Of a DNA stretch of 64,000 nt, positions 1 through 12,719 are shown one piece after another. How positions within the stretch are numbered: the first letter of the stretch is position 1; every line of letters begins with the position of its first letter. The stretch covers positions 71,092,831 to 71,156,830 of the forward strand of contig NC_057719.1 of NCBI RefSeq assembly GCF_004010195.1, in the 5' to 3' direction. Source of the DNA: Chiloscyllium plagiosum (lineage: Eukaryota). A program made the position numbers and the translations under genes. The notes under the pieces were generated by a model. The model did no database searches. It was not told the DNA's origin and saw only the letters and a list, made by a program, of their open reading frames with translations.

Positions 1-191
1 ACTCAGTGAGTCGTAAGTTCATGGAATGCCCTGCCAGTAGCAGTGGTGGACTCTCCCTCTTTATGGGCATTTAAGCGGGCATTGGATAGGCATATGGAGG
101 ATAGTGGGTTAGTATAGGTTAGGTGGGCTTGGATCGGCGCAACATCGAGGGCCAAAGGGCCTGTACTGCGCTGTATTCTTCTATGTTCTAT
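1..191 (+). mobile_element. CR1-clade LINE 3' end
   Basis: Typical shark CR1 3' region (tggaatgccctgcc...gggccaaagggcctgtactgcgctgta) ending in a (ttcta)n-like tail. Confidence 0.8.
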
Positions 192-204
192 TAATATTAT
201 TACA

Positions 205-575
205 GAGCAGCTTGCTTGATCGGCACCCCATCCACCATTTTCAATATTCATTCCCTAATTCACTGACATACACTGGTAGCAGTCTATACTGTCCAAAAAA
301 TGGACTATAGCAATTTACCGACAACATCACCTTCTAAACCAACAACCTCTATCAAGAAGGGTAAGTGGAACACCATCATCTCCAAGTCACACACCATACT
401 GACTTGAAACTATATCGCTGTGTGTTCACTGTCATTAGATGGTGATAGTGCTATCATCGTGGTGTGCAGTGGTTCAACACAATGGCTTATCACTACCATC
501 TTGTCAAGGGCAGTTAGGGATGGACAATAAGTATTGGCCCAGCTAATGATGCACTCATGCCACGGTTGAGTAAAA
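205..575 (+). mobile_element. Ancient LINE 3' fragment (CR1/L2-group)
   Basis: Shares motifs (acaccatactgacttgaaactatatc; aagggcagttagggatggacaataa) with copies at ~1560-1900, 2630-2830 and 20140-20640(-). Confidence 0.6.
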
Positions 576-649
576 CAATCTGAGATACAGTGGCCATGGA
601 TTACGATATTAGGCTATTAACCCAGAAGTTATGACTTGAAATCATATTC

Positions 650-1930
650 TGCAACATGGAGTCCTGGTAAATTTGAAATCATGGGAATCTGGGAGAAATT
701 TCTTGGCTGATTGGAGTAATGCCTAGTCTAAAGGAAGATGGTTGTTAGTCCTGGAGACCAATCACATCAGTCCTAGAATGTTACTGTAGGAGTTTCTTAG
801 GGTAGTGTCCTATGTCCAAACTCCTTCAAGTGATTCACCAAAGATTTTACTGCCATCACAAAGCAATCGATGAAGCAATTGAAGATGCTAAATTCAGAGT
901 ATTACATTACAGTTCCAACTTCTGAGACAATGAAGCAATCAACATTAACACAGCAAGACCCAGACAATGTCCTGGCTTAGGCTGACAAGTAATAATCCAG
1001 CTTGGGACCAGCTGGTTTTCGGAATTCAAAATTTTTTGAATTTCAGAATAAGTGACAGTTTGATGGTGAAATTTTAAAAAATCTTACATAACAGCAGACT
1101 CATTGTGAGGAAAACGGGCCTGAAACAGAATTGAGGCCTGCCAGTGCTGGATCATGCGCTCCCCACGTCACATCTGAGTGACACACATCGAGTGAATGTG
1201 GAGTTGGGTTAACTCTTTGCACATCAAACAAACTTGTTAATGAGAAAAACACTTCACAAGAAAAAAGCTTCAGATTTCGGAGCTTTTCGGATTCCGGGAT
1301 TTTGGATAAAGGGTTGCCTACCTATAATGTTCATGCCACACAGTGCCTGACAATGACCATTTCCAAAAAAAAAAGTATAACCACCTTTCCTTAGAAATCA
1401 ATAGTACTATCATTATCCTCACGAGGATCACGATTAACCTAAATACTAACTAGCTTAATTAATTCAGTCATGTAAATAGTGTGGCAGAAGGTTGCTCGCT
1501 CATTGCATTTGAGTAATGAGTGTAGCTCCAACAACATACAATATGTTCAATGCCATACAAGAAATAACAATCCACTTAAATGATGCCCACATTAAACATA
1601 CACTAGCTGGATACTATGGCGCCAATGTATTTAAACCACAAGATGCAATGCAATAACTTACCAAGTCTTCCTCCAAACCTATCAAACTGACAGCCTCCAC
1701 CACCTAAAGAATTACAGCGAACACTTAGGAGCCACCATTACCTGCAAGTTCCCCTCTGTACGCAACACCATCTTGACTCAGATATATCTTTCTTTCTTCT
1801 TCATCACTGGTTTAAAATCCTGGAATACCTTCACAATAACACTGTACAGTATTTTCACCACAAGGATTGCAGCAGTTTACAAGTTAACTACCCATCACCT
1901 TGCCAGTAATGCCAATGACTAACAATAAAC
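650..1930 (+). mobile_element. Degenerate LINE RT region plus 3' end, interrupted by a DNA-transposon MITE
   Basis: Decayed GVPQGSVLGP-like coding motif at ~787-820 (ggagtttcttagggtagtgtcctatgtcca); LINE sequence resumes after 1324. Confidence 0.55.
990..1324. mobile_element. Non-autonomous TcMar-Tigger (Tigger4/Zombi-like) MITE
   Basis: Left end atccagcttgggaccagctggttttcggaattc and right end tttcggagcttttcggattccgggattttggataaagggttgcctacct+TA resemble Tigger4/MER46 ends (recalled, not searched); left terminal repeat partly deleted. Confidence 0.6.
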
Positions 1931-1968
1931 AGAGATACCATTATCTGATAGCTATGCATTAAAGGACT
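1803..1968 (+). repeat. Arm 1 of a local inverted duplication (partner 3067-3232)
   Basis: Near-identical reverse complement of 3067-3232. Confidence 0.9.
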
Positions 1969-2129
1969 AGTCATAAGCATACGGTTCCAGTTATGCCAAA
2001 TAGTTCCAGAATTCATACCAGCCTGGTTCCAAATTGAGATGTTAAAGATGAATGTCAGAGGATAATTGATAGTAAACGCAACATTCAACAATTGTATGTC
2101 ACAAAGGAGACATTTAAAATTCTGATGTC

Positions 2130-2830
2130 AATGGGAGTAAGCATGAAACTCTCCAATACCTGGGATGATGCTTGACAAAAAGGAAGATTATTTCCTCTGA
2201 CACCAATTAGCATACCCAGGGTATGACATCATGTGTGTTCCTCAGGTGGATGTCCTTGGTCCAGATATCCTTAGGTTCTTCAAAGATCTTTCAGTTCTCA
2301 AAAGGTCAGTAATGGCGATATTTACTGACAATTTCACAATGTTCGATTTCAATCATAACTCCAGCCCATTCCATCCCACAGCAATAACAAATTCCTGCTA
2401 TCAATATCTTTGGGGTCACCATTGATGAGAGGCGTAACTGCACCAACTATATCAGGGCCGGTACAAGAGTAGCACAAAGACTGCTTTCTGTGTGAGATGA
2501 TCATCCTGACATCTTGAAGCTGAACAATCATCTGTAAGATTTAATTTTGTGAGGTGAGCAGGAGGGCGTTATGGTGTGGAAGTAGGAATGGAGCACTCAC
2601 CTGATAGCTCAATATGGCAACCAGGACACAGCAGTTCACTAAATTGCTTTATCACCAGGTTCTATAGCCACCCCATCCACCCCAGTGCACCATGACTGCA
2701 GTATGCACAAGCAATAGGATGCAATGCAGCAATGTACAAATTCTTCAACAGTACCATCCAAACCTCTGAGCACTACCACCAGGAAAGAGCACCAATGAAA
2801 TAGCAAAGCCATCATCTTCAAATTGTCCTC
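2130..2830 (+). mobile_element. Second degenerate copy of the ancient LINE (RT remnant)
   Basis: ORF 2231-2425 CVPQVDVLGPDILRFFKDL...IFTDN resembles the GVPQGSVLGP..F.NDL...FADD RT motifs. Confidence 0.6.
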
Positions 2831-3066
2831 CACTCTAAATTGGTCAGAGGTTGCTCATTGCTATGGGGTGATGTTTCCATTCTGTGATGGGAGGAAGTCT
2901 GACCTCAGAGAACTGCTTGCCAATCAGATGGTTGGGCAGTACTGTAGTCCCAGCAGTACAGCCAAATGCAGTAATCACTGCTGGGTCTATAGGCAGTCCT
3001 AGCAGAGAGATGAGCCCAGGTACCTTCCAGTCTTGTGGGTCTCAGCAAAATGGGTAATGGAGTTGG

Positions 3067-3232
3067 AGTCCTTTAATGCATAGCTATCAGATAATGGTAT
3101 CTTTGTTTATTGTTAGTCATTGGCATTACTGGCAAGGTGATGGGGAGCTAACTTGTAAACTGCTGCAATCCTTGTGGTAAAAATACTGTACAGTGTTATT
3201 GTGAAGGTATTCCAGGATTTTAAACCAATGAT
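3067..3232 (-). repeat. Arm 2 of a local inverted duplication (partner 1803-1968)
   Basis: agtcctttaatgcatagctatcagataatggtatc...tccaggattttaaacca is the reverse complement of 1803-1968. Confidence 0.9.
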
Positions 3233-3275
3233 TAGAAGGCTCGGTGAGGTGGGGGTTAAATGCCTAAATGTCCTT

Positions 3276-3443
3276 GTTAAAAATCACACAACACCAGGTT
3301 ATAATACAACAGGTTTATTTGGAAGCACTAGCTTTTGGAGCGCTGCTCCTTTACGATGCAGTAGCATTCTGAATACCAGAGCTTCCAAATAAACCTGGTG
3401 TTGTGTGATTTTTAACTTTGTCCACCCCAGTATCTCCACATCA
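3276..3443. mobile_element. Short palindromic Penelope-like derivative (family C) with a degenerate hammerhead
   Basis: gttaaaaatcacacaacaccagg ... cctggtgttgtgtgatttttaac inverted arms; same family at 28205 and 29895. Confidence 0.7.
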
Positions 3444-3831
3444 GAAACACCTTTGGGAAGTGATTCCAATAGTCCCAAAGGTTCCTTCTGCTTGCCCACA
3501 CAGATAAGGCTCCCAAACTGTCAGGATGTGGGCTCCTCTCTCCAGTGAGTAAAATATCAGCAGTGGAATGTCACCTTTTTAAATAATTATTATATTTTTT
3601 TTGAGGGGCTTCAGTAGGGCTGTAGACAGAGTGGGCTGCCGAATGCTTTTCCCATCCTCAGTAATATTTCAGGCAAAGTGAGGGCAGATGGCAGGAAGAC
3701 CACTTGTTGGACTTTGCTTGCCCTCAACAACTGTCAGTGGTGGAGTGTAAATTCCAGCCTTTATATTCCATCATCACTGGAATTCTGGAATATTCTGACT
3801 TCAAGTCAATGAGTTAGTACCATTATTACAA

Positions 3832-4135
3832 GGGGCAGCAAGGGGCAGTGGTTAGCACTGCTGCGTTGTAGCACCAGGTACCTGGGCTTAGTTCCCCCCC
3901 CCTTGAGTAACTGCCTGTGCAGAGTTTGCACATTGTCCTTGTGTCTGCGTTGGTTTCCTCCAGGTGCTCTGGTTTCCTCCCTCAGTCCAAAGATGTGCAG
4001 GTCAGGTGGATTAGCTGTGGCAAATGCAGGGTTACAAGGATAGGATAGGGGAGGGGTTTCTGGGTGTGACATGCTTCAGAGGGTCAGTGTGGACTCGATG
4101 GGTTGAATGGACGGTTTCCACGCTGTATGGATTTT
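3832..4135 (+). mobile_element. HE1-type V-SINE (older copy)
   Basis: tRNA-like head (cagtggttagcactgctgc), V-domain (gagtttgcacattgtccttgtgtctgcg...agtccaaagatgtgcagg) and CR1-like tail. Confidence 0.85.
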
Positions 4136-6274
4136 AGCACTGCAACCAATAATCAAAAATCCATCATTATTTACTCAGGGCACATAGAGATGAGAATATA
4201 TATGTCTTTGTAAATAGCACCCTAATCTAAAAATAAATTCTACAAAGATAAATTGAAGATTAATCAGCCCAGTAATATCAAGTGTGTGTCAAATGTTAGG
4301 TTTACTTTTGATAATTAGGAATATAGCTTACTAACCAAAGGAAAGCATAATTTATTTCTTAAATTGTGAAAGATTTCTTCTTATTCACTCGTAGGATCTG
4401 GGTGTCACTGGCTAGGCTAGCATTAAAATGAAGTGCTCTGTCAAGTACCTTCCAAATGCCAGTAATTCATTTGAAAACCTCATGAATATAGAGCCAGTTC
4501 AATAGATTTACTGTGGAATCTTTCAAACTTGTGACCTAATAAATTCAATGTTTCCTGGAGGTGATCTTATGTAAAACCAAATCAAAATTTTGATTTCAGT
4601 TACAATAAGCATTGCCTCATAAACAAAGCTATTTCAGCAATGTAAATTGTACACCATTACTGCCCTATTGTTATTTAGCATTAACAACCTGTGATCACCA
4701 TTACTATAATGGTTCTTATTGACAGAGCAGAACCACTGACTTTTGAAAAAAAAGGCAAGTATGCAGGATGCTCAGATCAAGAGGCAAATAAGCAAAACAC
4801 ATTTGAGCTTTGAACAGGACATTTTTATTCAAACTCCTTAAAAATATATGACTATATTTCTGCTACAAAGTTTGCATACGTTTTACTGTGGCTTTTAAAA
4901 TAGTGACAACCACATTTTATACGATTGAGGAAATGGCCCGGTCAAATGTCAACCTTTTTCTTGAAGATAGTTTAGTAAATAAGCTGGGATAATGACTTTA
5001 GACATTTAGAAGATGGACAGCACTTTCACAATAAGGTCACTCCTCCATGGTACTTTTAAAGCCTGAGGCTAGAAATTGTAACTGAAGAGCACAGTTACTC
5101 TAAATAGAACAATCATTTCAGGTTCTACTTGACTCCAAAGTGTTTTGGTTCTGCATTGCATTACTTAATGAGTGTTAGTTTCAGTTGAATGAAAATCACC
5201 TTGGGAAGGTCTTCTGGTATTAGTTCTGCAGCCAAAAAACATACAAGATGAAACAAATTCCACAATGGTAAATGTCAGGGAAGCTCTGCTTATTATCCTT
5301 CTGATATGTCTGTTGGGCAAGTTAGTTATGATGGTGTTCTCATCAATCATGGCTTTATCATCAAGATAGCAAAACACAGGATAAACTTAAAATCTCATTA
5401 ATCCAGTTCGAAAACTGACAATATGGCATGTTTTGTACTGCACAAATATACAAATGTTCTGAAATGGCTCGAAGCAGAAGTGTGAATCAAAATCTGTAAA
5501 TGACGATAAGATTAGTCAAACAACTGAAACCAGTTTATTAAACCTGTTTGTTAATCACCGGAGCAAAATGAAGTAAAACAAAATATTTTGTTTGCTCAAA
5601 GCTTGATCATGTAGAGATTACATTTCTGTTTAAAATAGTTGAAGATTGAAAATTAAAATAAATTATTTTATGGTCTTTCTTGGATTTTGCGATAAGCTAG
5701 ATGGATCACAATAAATTTTATCTTTGGGCTCCATAAGTGACGTGCTGCTGGAAAACAAAAATTATGCAAATTTACTTTGTTATTGAGCTGTTGAAATGGC
5801 TGGGGCACAAGACTAATTTTGCAGTATGCATGTTGATCCGTTGTGCTTTAAGATAATATTTGCTTTCTAAGAAGTAAATCCACTACAAGGCCATGAAAAT
5901 AGATGAGATCTGAAAATGAACATGGATTGTTTCTGATGCAATGCAAACCTTATAGTGACAAAAGTGATAGAGCGACAGAAAAAAACCTTAAGTGATATGA
6001 CAATAACTATAATACTAATTATTATATTAGAGTGTGACCATGAAAAATATTGAACTCCTTGAAAACTGGAAATAAAGATAATTTAAATGAAAATAAGGAA
6101 ATGTTAATTTAATGATTTTTCAAGAGTTGTTACAGGAAAGAAAGAGATCAGTATGTCAAACATCATACATCATAGGAAAACTAATATTGAATCAAAACGA
6201 ACATAAGCAAAATCACTTTAAGGAAGAAAATAATGGCATCTTCTTGTGTTTACAGGGTTGTGTTCAGTTATAAA

Positions 6275-6545
6275 TCATGAGGGGCATGGATAGGATGAAT
6301 AGTCAAAGTCTTTTCTGCGGGGTAGGGAATCCACTACTAGAAGACATAGGTTTAAGGTGAGAGGGTCAAGATTTAAAGGGGACCTAAGGAGTAACATTTT
6401 CATGCAGAGGGTAGTGCAGGTATGGAATGAGCTGTCAAAGGAGGTGGTGGAGGTTGATACAATTATAACATTTAAAAGGCATTTGGATGGGTCCATGAAT
6501 AGGAAGGGCTCAGAGGAGTATGAGCCAAATGCTGGCAAGTAGGAG
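6275..6545 (+). mobile_element. CR1/HER1 LINE ORF2 C-terminal fragment
   Basis: ORF RFKGDLRSNIFMQRVVQVWNELSKEVVE...FKRHLDG matches the copy at 51652-52482. Confidence 0.9.
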
Positions 6546-7849
6546 ATCTGAATCTAATGTGACACTGCAGCAGTAGACAACTACTGACCTCTCTGGCTTT
6601 TGGTATTTCCACCCATTGGACTTCTCAATCACAGGGGAGGCTCCTTCTTGGCCAGTTAAATGCCTGTTAAGCAATAAATTGTGATGGACCTTGCCCATAG
6701 AAGTGATAATGTCTTGCTGTTTATCCAACTGTTGGAGGAAACCAATGCCACTGGATCAAAATCCAGCCCATGGATCTTCTTGCTGCACTCAAAACTTCAG
6801 TGACCTCACCAGGTCAACAAAGGTGTGAGTTCTTTCAGCTGATTAACAGGTTGGATAACAAAATTACAGAGAAGCAAATAGATATCTCCTGGAGTAACAA
6901 GCAAACAATATTTTAATATGGTATCGGATATCAGCACCACACACCTTGTTCTCTGAGCAAAGGCATTTTACAGCTCTCTTGTCAATATCTCACACTGTGT
7001 AATGCATCTACCACACTGTAATTTCCTATTCTAGCTCCTCGATCTCATTACACTCTCATTACTACCATCTATTTTATAAATTCTGATGGATTATAAGGGC
7101 ACGACCTGGGTGGGTCAGCAGCTGCTCAATAATGCGGGATAGAAATCATGAATGCAAAGTGGGACGTATAACATGGGTCACCCATTATACTCCCCACCCA
7201 ACAGTTAGTTATATTAAAGTCAATGAAACAAAGCATCAGGTGAAATGTTGAACACATGCTGACACGTGGCGAGACACAGCACAAGGAAAGCTGAGGATGA
7301 AGATGTGGAGATGAAGACTGGTATAGGTTGTGTGGAGGCACACAACATTTCAGTCCCTTGCTGAGTAAAGAAGGGAGGAATGGTGAAATAATAATGATAC
7401 CAGCTCTGAGCTTTTGTGAGTACTTTGATGTTAATCAACAGTCACCACCGTCCTGGTTTTGATGGGTGTACAGCACATAATAATGTTTTGCATAACTAAG
7501 CGTGGGACAAATTGGAGAGCTGACTTAATTAAGAGTTGGTTGGCAACGTGGAGGGGTTCTGAAACCCAATGGAGTTGACAGGCAATGCAAAGTGGAAAGG
7601 AACATGAATGTTTCGGGTCACTTGGATTGATAGACTGCGCCTGCAGCTCGCTGTGTGAAATGCTGGCTGTGTTGCTTTCCATCCTTCATCCGGAGTTAGG
7701 TGTCAGTGATCCGACAAGGTTCACATGACATAGCTTGTGCTACATGAATCTGAAAAAGGTCTCCTATGTCAGACCTTTGTGTACAAGCAATCCACAGCAT
7801 TCGTTGTCAGAGTCCTCCGTGTTCCACTGTATTGAAGGCTATAGTAAAG

Positions 7850-7965
7850 TAAAAATAAAGAACTGTGGATGATGGAGACCTGAAGCAAAAGCAGAGACAC
7901 AGCAGGTTTGGCAGCATCTGTGGGGAGAGAAACAAGAGTTAACATCTTGAATGCAGTGACCCTGT
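7850..7965 (-). mobile_element. Short Penelope-like terminal-repeat fragment
   Basis: aactgtggatgatggaga...cagcaggtttggcagcatctgtggggagagaaac...gagttaac is shared with the 9633, 39418 and 57640 units. Confidence 0.55.
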
Positions 7966-8099
7966 TTTTTTTTGTATTGTGATTGTTGCTTGTGTGTGAT
8001 GTGACTGCTGACTGCTCACATTATTTCGGAGCAGTTTTGCTCATTGGATCCATTGGTGATGGATTCATCCACAGCAGGTGCTATTGTTACTACAGACAC

Positions 8100-9060
8100 T
8101 GCACAATAAAGAGCCATCTAAGCAGCAATCTGCCCGGCGGCTGTTCGAGCAGCATCTATATGACAAAGTTGTAACTGAAGTTCCCCACAGGATACTGAGG
8201 AGGTACAGAAGGCCCAGAGTCTATTTCGTTCAATAGCATTTCCTCCAGTGAGTGAGGCACAGTCACACTGCAGACCAAGACTACCCTGGGTCACTGTCAC
8301 TGGACTGTGACATCTGCTGGAAATGGAGTTGTGACCTGCAGGGTTGGATGGCCATCCCATCCCATCCCATCCCAGTGTGGGAAACTCTCAGTCCTCAACA
8401 CACAAATGTATCAAGGCTGTTACCGATGCAGTCTGTGCCAGATCACACCATTTCATCTCATTTCCCCTGTGACATGGTCAGTGCTGCAGCCTGGACAGTC
8501 GGTTTTACCAACATGGCTGTCTTGCCACAGGGGCAGGGTGCTACAAACAGTGTACATGTTGCGTGGAGAGGGCCAAACTATAATGCAGCTGGCTTCATCA
8601 ACAGAAATGGTTTCCATTCACTCAATGTCCAAGTCATTTGTGATCATTGGTACTACTTAGAGTTCACTGGCAGGTACCCTAGGAACTCTCATGTTGCTGA
8701 GTCATTTCAGGGCCTGCATACTGCACATGAATGGTTACTGGGAGACCAGAGCTATGCTCTGCAACTATAGCTGAAGACTCCATTACACAATTCCTGAGTG
8801 TGGATGCAGTGTTGCCCATTCTTCTATCAGGGCCATCATGGAGCAGATGATAGGCCTCCTCAGGAGGGGGGTTCCAATATTTGGATTGTCAGAGTGTGCT
8901 GCAAAATCCTTGCACTGTGTCTTCTACAACTGGAGCAGGCAGAGAGAGGATCCGATGGATGCTGGAGAGTGAGTAGAACAGCAACAGTCTCATATTGAGT
9001 AGGAGGAACATCACCTCCAGCATAATACAGCAATGCAGCATTGGGCACAACATACCAGAC
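8100..9060 (+). mobile_element. PIF/Harbinger DDE transposase fossil (HARBI1-like), frameshifted
   Basis: ORF 8252-8770 has FINRNGFHSLNVQVICDH, GRYPRNSH and WLLGDQSYAL, followed by LKTP and IMEQMIGLL-like remnants, all characteristic of Harbinger transposases. Confidence 0.8.
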
Positions 9061-9632
9061 GGCACTTTAATTAACATTCATCTCTAATCAATCTGAGTTG
9101 GGTGGAGTCAGCATTCAGTGACTGTGGTTTTTTTTGTTGTTACTCCAAATGCAAGTAGCCTCTGTTTAGTATGTTTAGCAAGTGCAGCCTGTTTATTTGC
9201 TCTTTCTTCAGTTTTCACTTGTTTGATGAAGGTTAATGTTAACAACTGGTTGAAGGCTTCCATCATTTAAGACACCCACATTGAACAATGATGTGATGTT
9301 ATGATGCAAAGGGCTTTGAGGAAAGAGCAATGGTTCAAAGAATGAGAAGCCTCAGTCACTTCACTCTTGTAGCTGCAGCTACAAGGACAGTTGATCGGAC
9401 AATTGATGACTTGACCTGCCCATACGTGTGATATTCTGTTTATGGTGACATGTTACCCATACCACTAATGTGCCCTTCTAAGGCTTTTCATTTTTTGTTT
9501 GTACTATACTTGCTGTGCCAGGCTATTCCTGGTTGGCAGTGACTTACCTGGTGTTGGTAGTAGGAAACAAAGCAAGTCTCAGCAGTGGTGAGTACGCCCT
9601 TTGCTGGTTTGCACAAGACAGCATGAGAACAG

Positions 9633-9810
9633 TGTACACTCAGCAGGCCTGGCAGCATCTGTGAAGACAACTCCAGTTCTGGGGAAGGGTCACCAAACCT
9701 GAAATGTTAGCTCTGATTTTTCTTCACAGGTGCTGCCAGACCTGCTGAGCTTTTTCAGCAACTTCTGCTTTTGTTTCTGATTTACAACATCTGCAGTTAT
9801 TTTGGTTTTT
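9633..9810 (+). mobile_element. Short hairpin Penelope-like derivative (family D) with a degenerate hammerhead
   Basis: Inverted arms ctcagcaggcctggcagcatctgtgaaga / tcttcacaggtgctgccagacctgctgag; 10-bp TSD atgagaacag at 9623-9632 and 9811-9820. Confidence 0.75.
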
Positions 9811-9913
9811 ATGAGAACAGACTAGGTGTGTATGCATACATAATGAGATGAGCAGCAGAGGACTGTGTTAAAACTTGTTAGAGCTCACTGAGCGGAACCT
9901 TCCATAAGGTTGT

Positions 9914-10242
9914 GGGCGGCACGGTGGCACAGTGGTTAGCACTGCTGCCTCGCAGCGCCAGAGACCCGGGTTCAATTCCCGCCTCAGGCGACTGACTGTG
10001 TGGAGTTTGCACATTCTCCCCGTGTCTGCGTGGGTTTCCTCTGGGTGCTCCGGTTTCCTCCCACAGTCCAAAGATGTGCAAGTCAGGTGAATTGGCCATG
10101 CTAAATTGTCCGTAGTGTTAGGTAAGGGGTAAATGTAGGGGTATGGGTGGTTTGCGCTTCGGCGGGTCGGTGTGGACTTGTTGGGCCGAAGGGCCTGTTT
10201 CCACACTGTAAAAGTAATCTAATCTAAAAGTAATCTAATCTA
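9914..10242 (+). mobile_element. HE1 V-SINE (young, full-length)
   Basis: A box (tggcacagtgg), B box (ggttcaattcc), V-domain, CR1-derived tail and (taatc)n end; CpGs retained. Confidence 0.95.
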
Positions 10243-12719
10243 GTTACCCTTGATTGACACTGAGCTGGACTTTGGGAAATTCATCCCCTCAGCTCAACCA
10301 AATTCCAGATTTCAGCAAATTGATTAATATTATATTGTGTAATTGGGCTTATGAAAGAACTGCACATATGGGTTTTGATGTTATCTTTACAGAAGACAAT
10401 GTTCTACTCCCATACATAGGAGGAAATCTAATTATACAAAATAGTAATTATATTCTCCTGCTTCTTCCTTAAAAGGTTCATATGAAGTCAGTGAGTGTGA
10501 GAGTCGGTAGCTTATATGGAGAAAACCATTAGTGTAGATGATTTGGGCTGAATGGTCTACTTCTGTCATTATGTGACATTGATATTATCAAACTATGAAA
10601 AGCTGTACCATAGGAACACACCATTATCTTCGTACTATACCTTTTAGGACTGTACAGTACCAGAAATGTTCTCTAGTTTCTTCAAAGGGAATGAATTGTG
10701 TTCCTCCTTTGTATATAGATTTTATTCAAGCGCTGGATCTAATGATAGACAAACTGCTCAAAAATGGAATGAAGCCCACTGTTCACAAATTGGTATATTG
10801 ACAACATTGAATAGCGTTGAAGAAAGGAAAGCCTGCTGAAAAATTACTGTTGATCTTGGAACTCTTCCATGTGCAGGGTTGTAACTGCATTCGATGAACT
10901 GATGCTTTGTAATATTTTGACCTGGCTAATATTAAGAGTGCACTTGCGAAATGTTTCTAAATACAAGTGCAACATTCTTTGCAATTTGTGTCTTTTGATT
11001 TTATATGCTGACAATGTAAAGTTAAGGTAATCAAGTACTTCTAAAAGTTAAAAGACATCAAATAGTGAGAGGCATTTTGGAGTCAAATTGCATGCAATAT
11101 GACAAATGAGCAAAATGAACCATTGGTACAGCATAGTCATAGAATCATGTAGCGCAAAAGGGCCTCTGTCTGTCTTGGATCTTTGAAAGAACTATTCAAT
11201 TAGTTCTATTTCCCAGTTCTTTTCTTATGATCCTTCAAACATTGCCTTATGGTATTTTTGTTGCTGATGTCCAAGCAAGTTAGTTGCATGTTTGATTATC
11301 TTAAGAATTCAACAAAGAATAATATTCAACCAGCCAAGATACTGGAAGTCACAGAATTTTAAATTGGAGCAGACCTTTGAAATTTACATCCACATTTAAA
11401 TCTATTTCAAATAAAATGCATGTTTTTTGGACTCTTGAATTACAAACTGAAATTTCTGCAACTTCCCACTGACTTTCCAGAAAAACAAAATTCGATTAAC
11501 AAGTATTACTGTATGAGCCAACATTATCATTCTTGTTGGGGTAATCTATTTACAACATTATCATCTGTCTCCAGAGTGTGATTCATACATTATACACTGG
11601 ACAAAGCTCCAATTTAGCAACTCTACATTTTTTACAAAACTCTATTCTAGCTAAATTTGAACATTATACAAATATAATTGGCCTCTGTAGTACCTATGTA
11701 ATGCTGATACATTCTTGCTCAATTGCTGAGTATACTATTTCTTCTGGCAATATTTTGAAACTTAGGTAAATGATAGGGGCATGCTTTTCTTGAAAATCCA
11801 TCTTGCCTCGAATATTCTTAACAGAAGCCTTTGTGTGAACCATGAACACCAAGATATCATCAGAACTGACTCAAGCAGGATTGGCAGACTCCACCTTATT
11901 CATTCCTTTAAAACATTTAAGGACTAGGTTACCTGGTTAGGGAGCTGTTTCCAGCTGACTGCAGAAAATAGATTTGTCAGTTAAATAACATTTTCACAAT
12001 AGGAAAACAATTAGCTTGTACAGACACAGGAAGTTGCTGTGATTTACAGTAAAGCAGCTATTTGCAATTTAAATTACAAACTAAATTGGGATCAAAGTGC
12101 ACCTTATTTTTAGATGTTCAACATGCTCACCATGAGAACACTCATTTAAAAATGAAGTGAGGGCAATAGTTATAGGAACATAGACGACCAAATGCTGTAA
12201 TGCTGTAGTATCAGTCTCAGCGTCATGGTAACATCACACATAGTGTATGTAACCTGTCAATGTTTTGTAGTAATTTTAGGCTGATATTCTGGAGGCACTT
12301 TTACATAAAATTGTTCAGAACTTATTCATCTTTGGAGGTTGTGAGGAATTATAGACTGCTTTCTCTTTTTTGGAAGGTTACGTATGAATTAAGTCAATTT
12401 GACACTGTATAGAGTAATTTCTATAGAGCATATTGGAATAAGCTGGCTTGATGGCCCAACTCTCATGCAGCCTTTTAACAATATGAGCAGGAATACAGAA
12501 CTCAGAACATGAAGGAGAAATGCTTATTGAATTGGAACCTTTCGTGTTTAGAGGAATAGGAGCAAAATAAACTCAGAAGAAAAAGTATTAAAAATAATGT
12601 AATGTTGTTTTCCAATTTAGGCATTTGGCAAACCAGAGGCTCTATAGATATTGCATTCATTTTGGAGAAAGTTGAAATTTTCCACACAGTAGGAAGACAT
12701 CCAAGGCTCCATTCCTGAA

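Noticed and set aside
9914..9990. tRNA-like sequence with A and B boxes
   Set aside because: It is the head of an HE1 SINE that continues into the V-domain and LINE tail, not a tRNA gene; the same applies to the other copies
10719..10792. Possible plus-strand exon (tatatag|ATTTT...ATTG|gtatat)
   Set aside because: Weak donor and no recognisable peptide in either open frame
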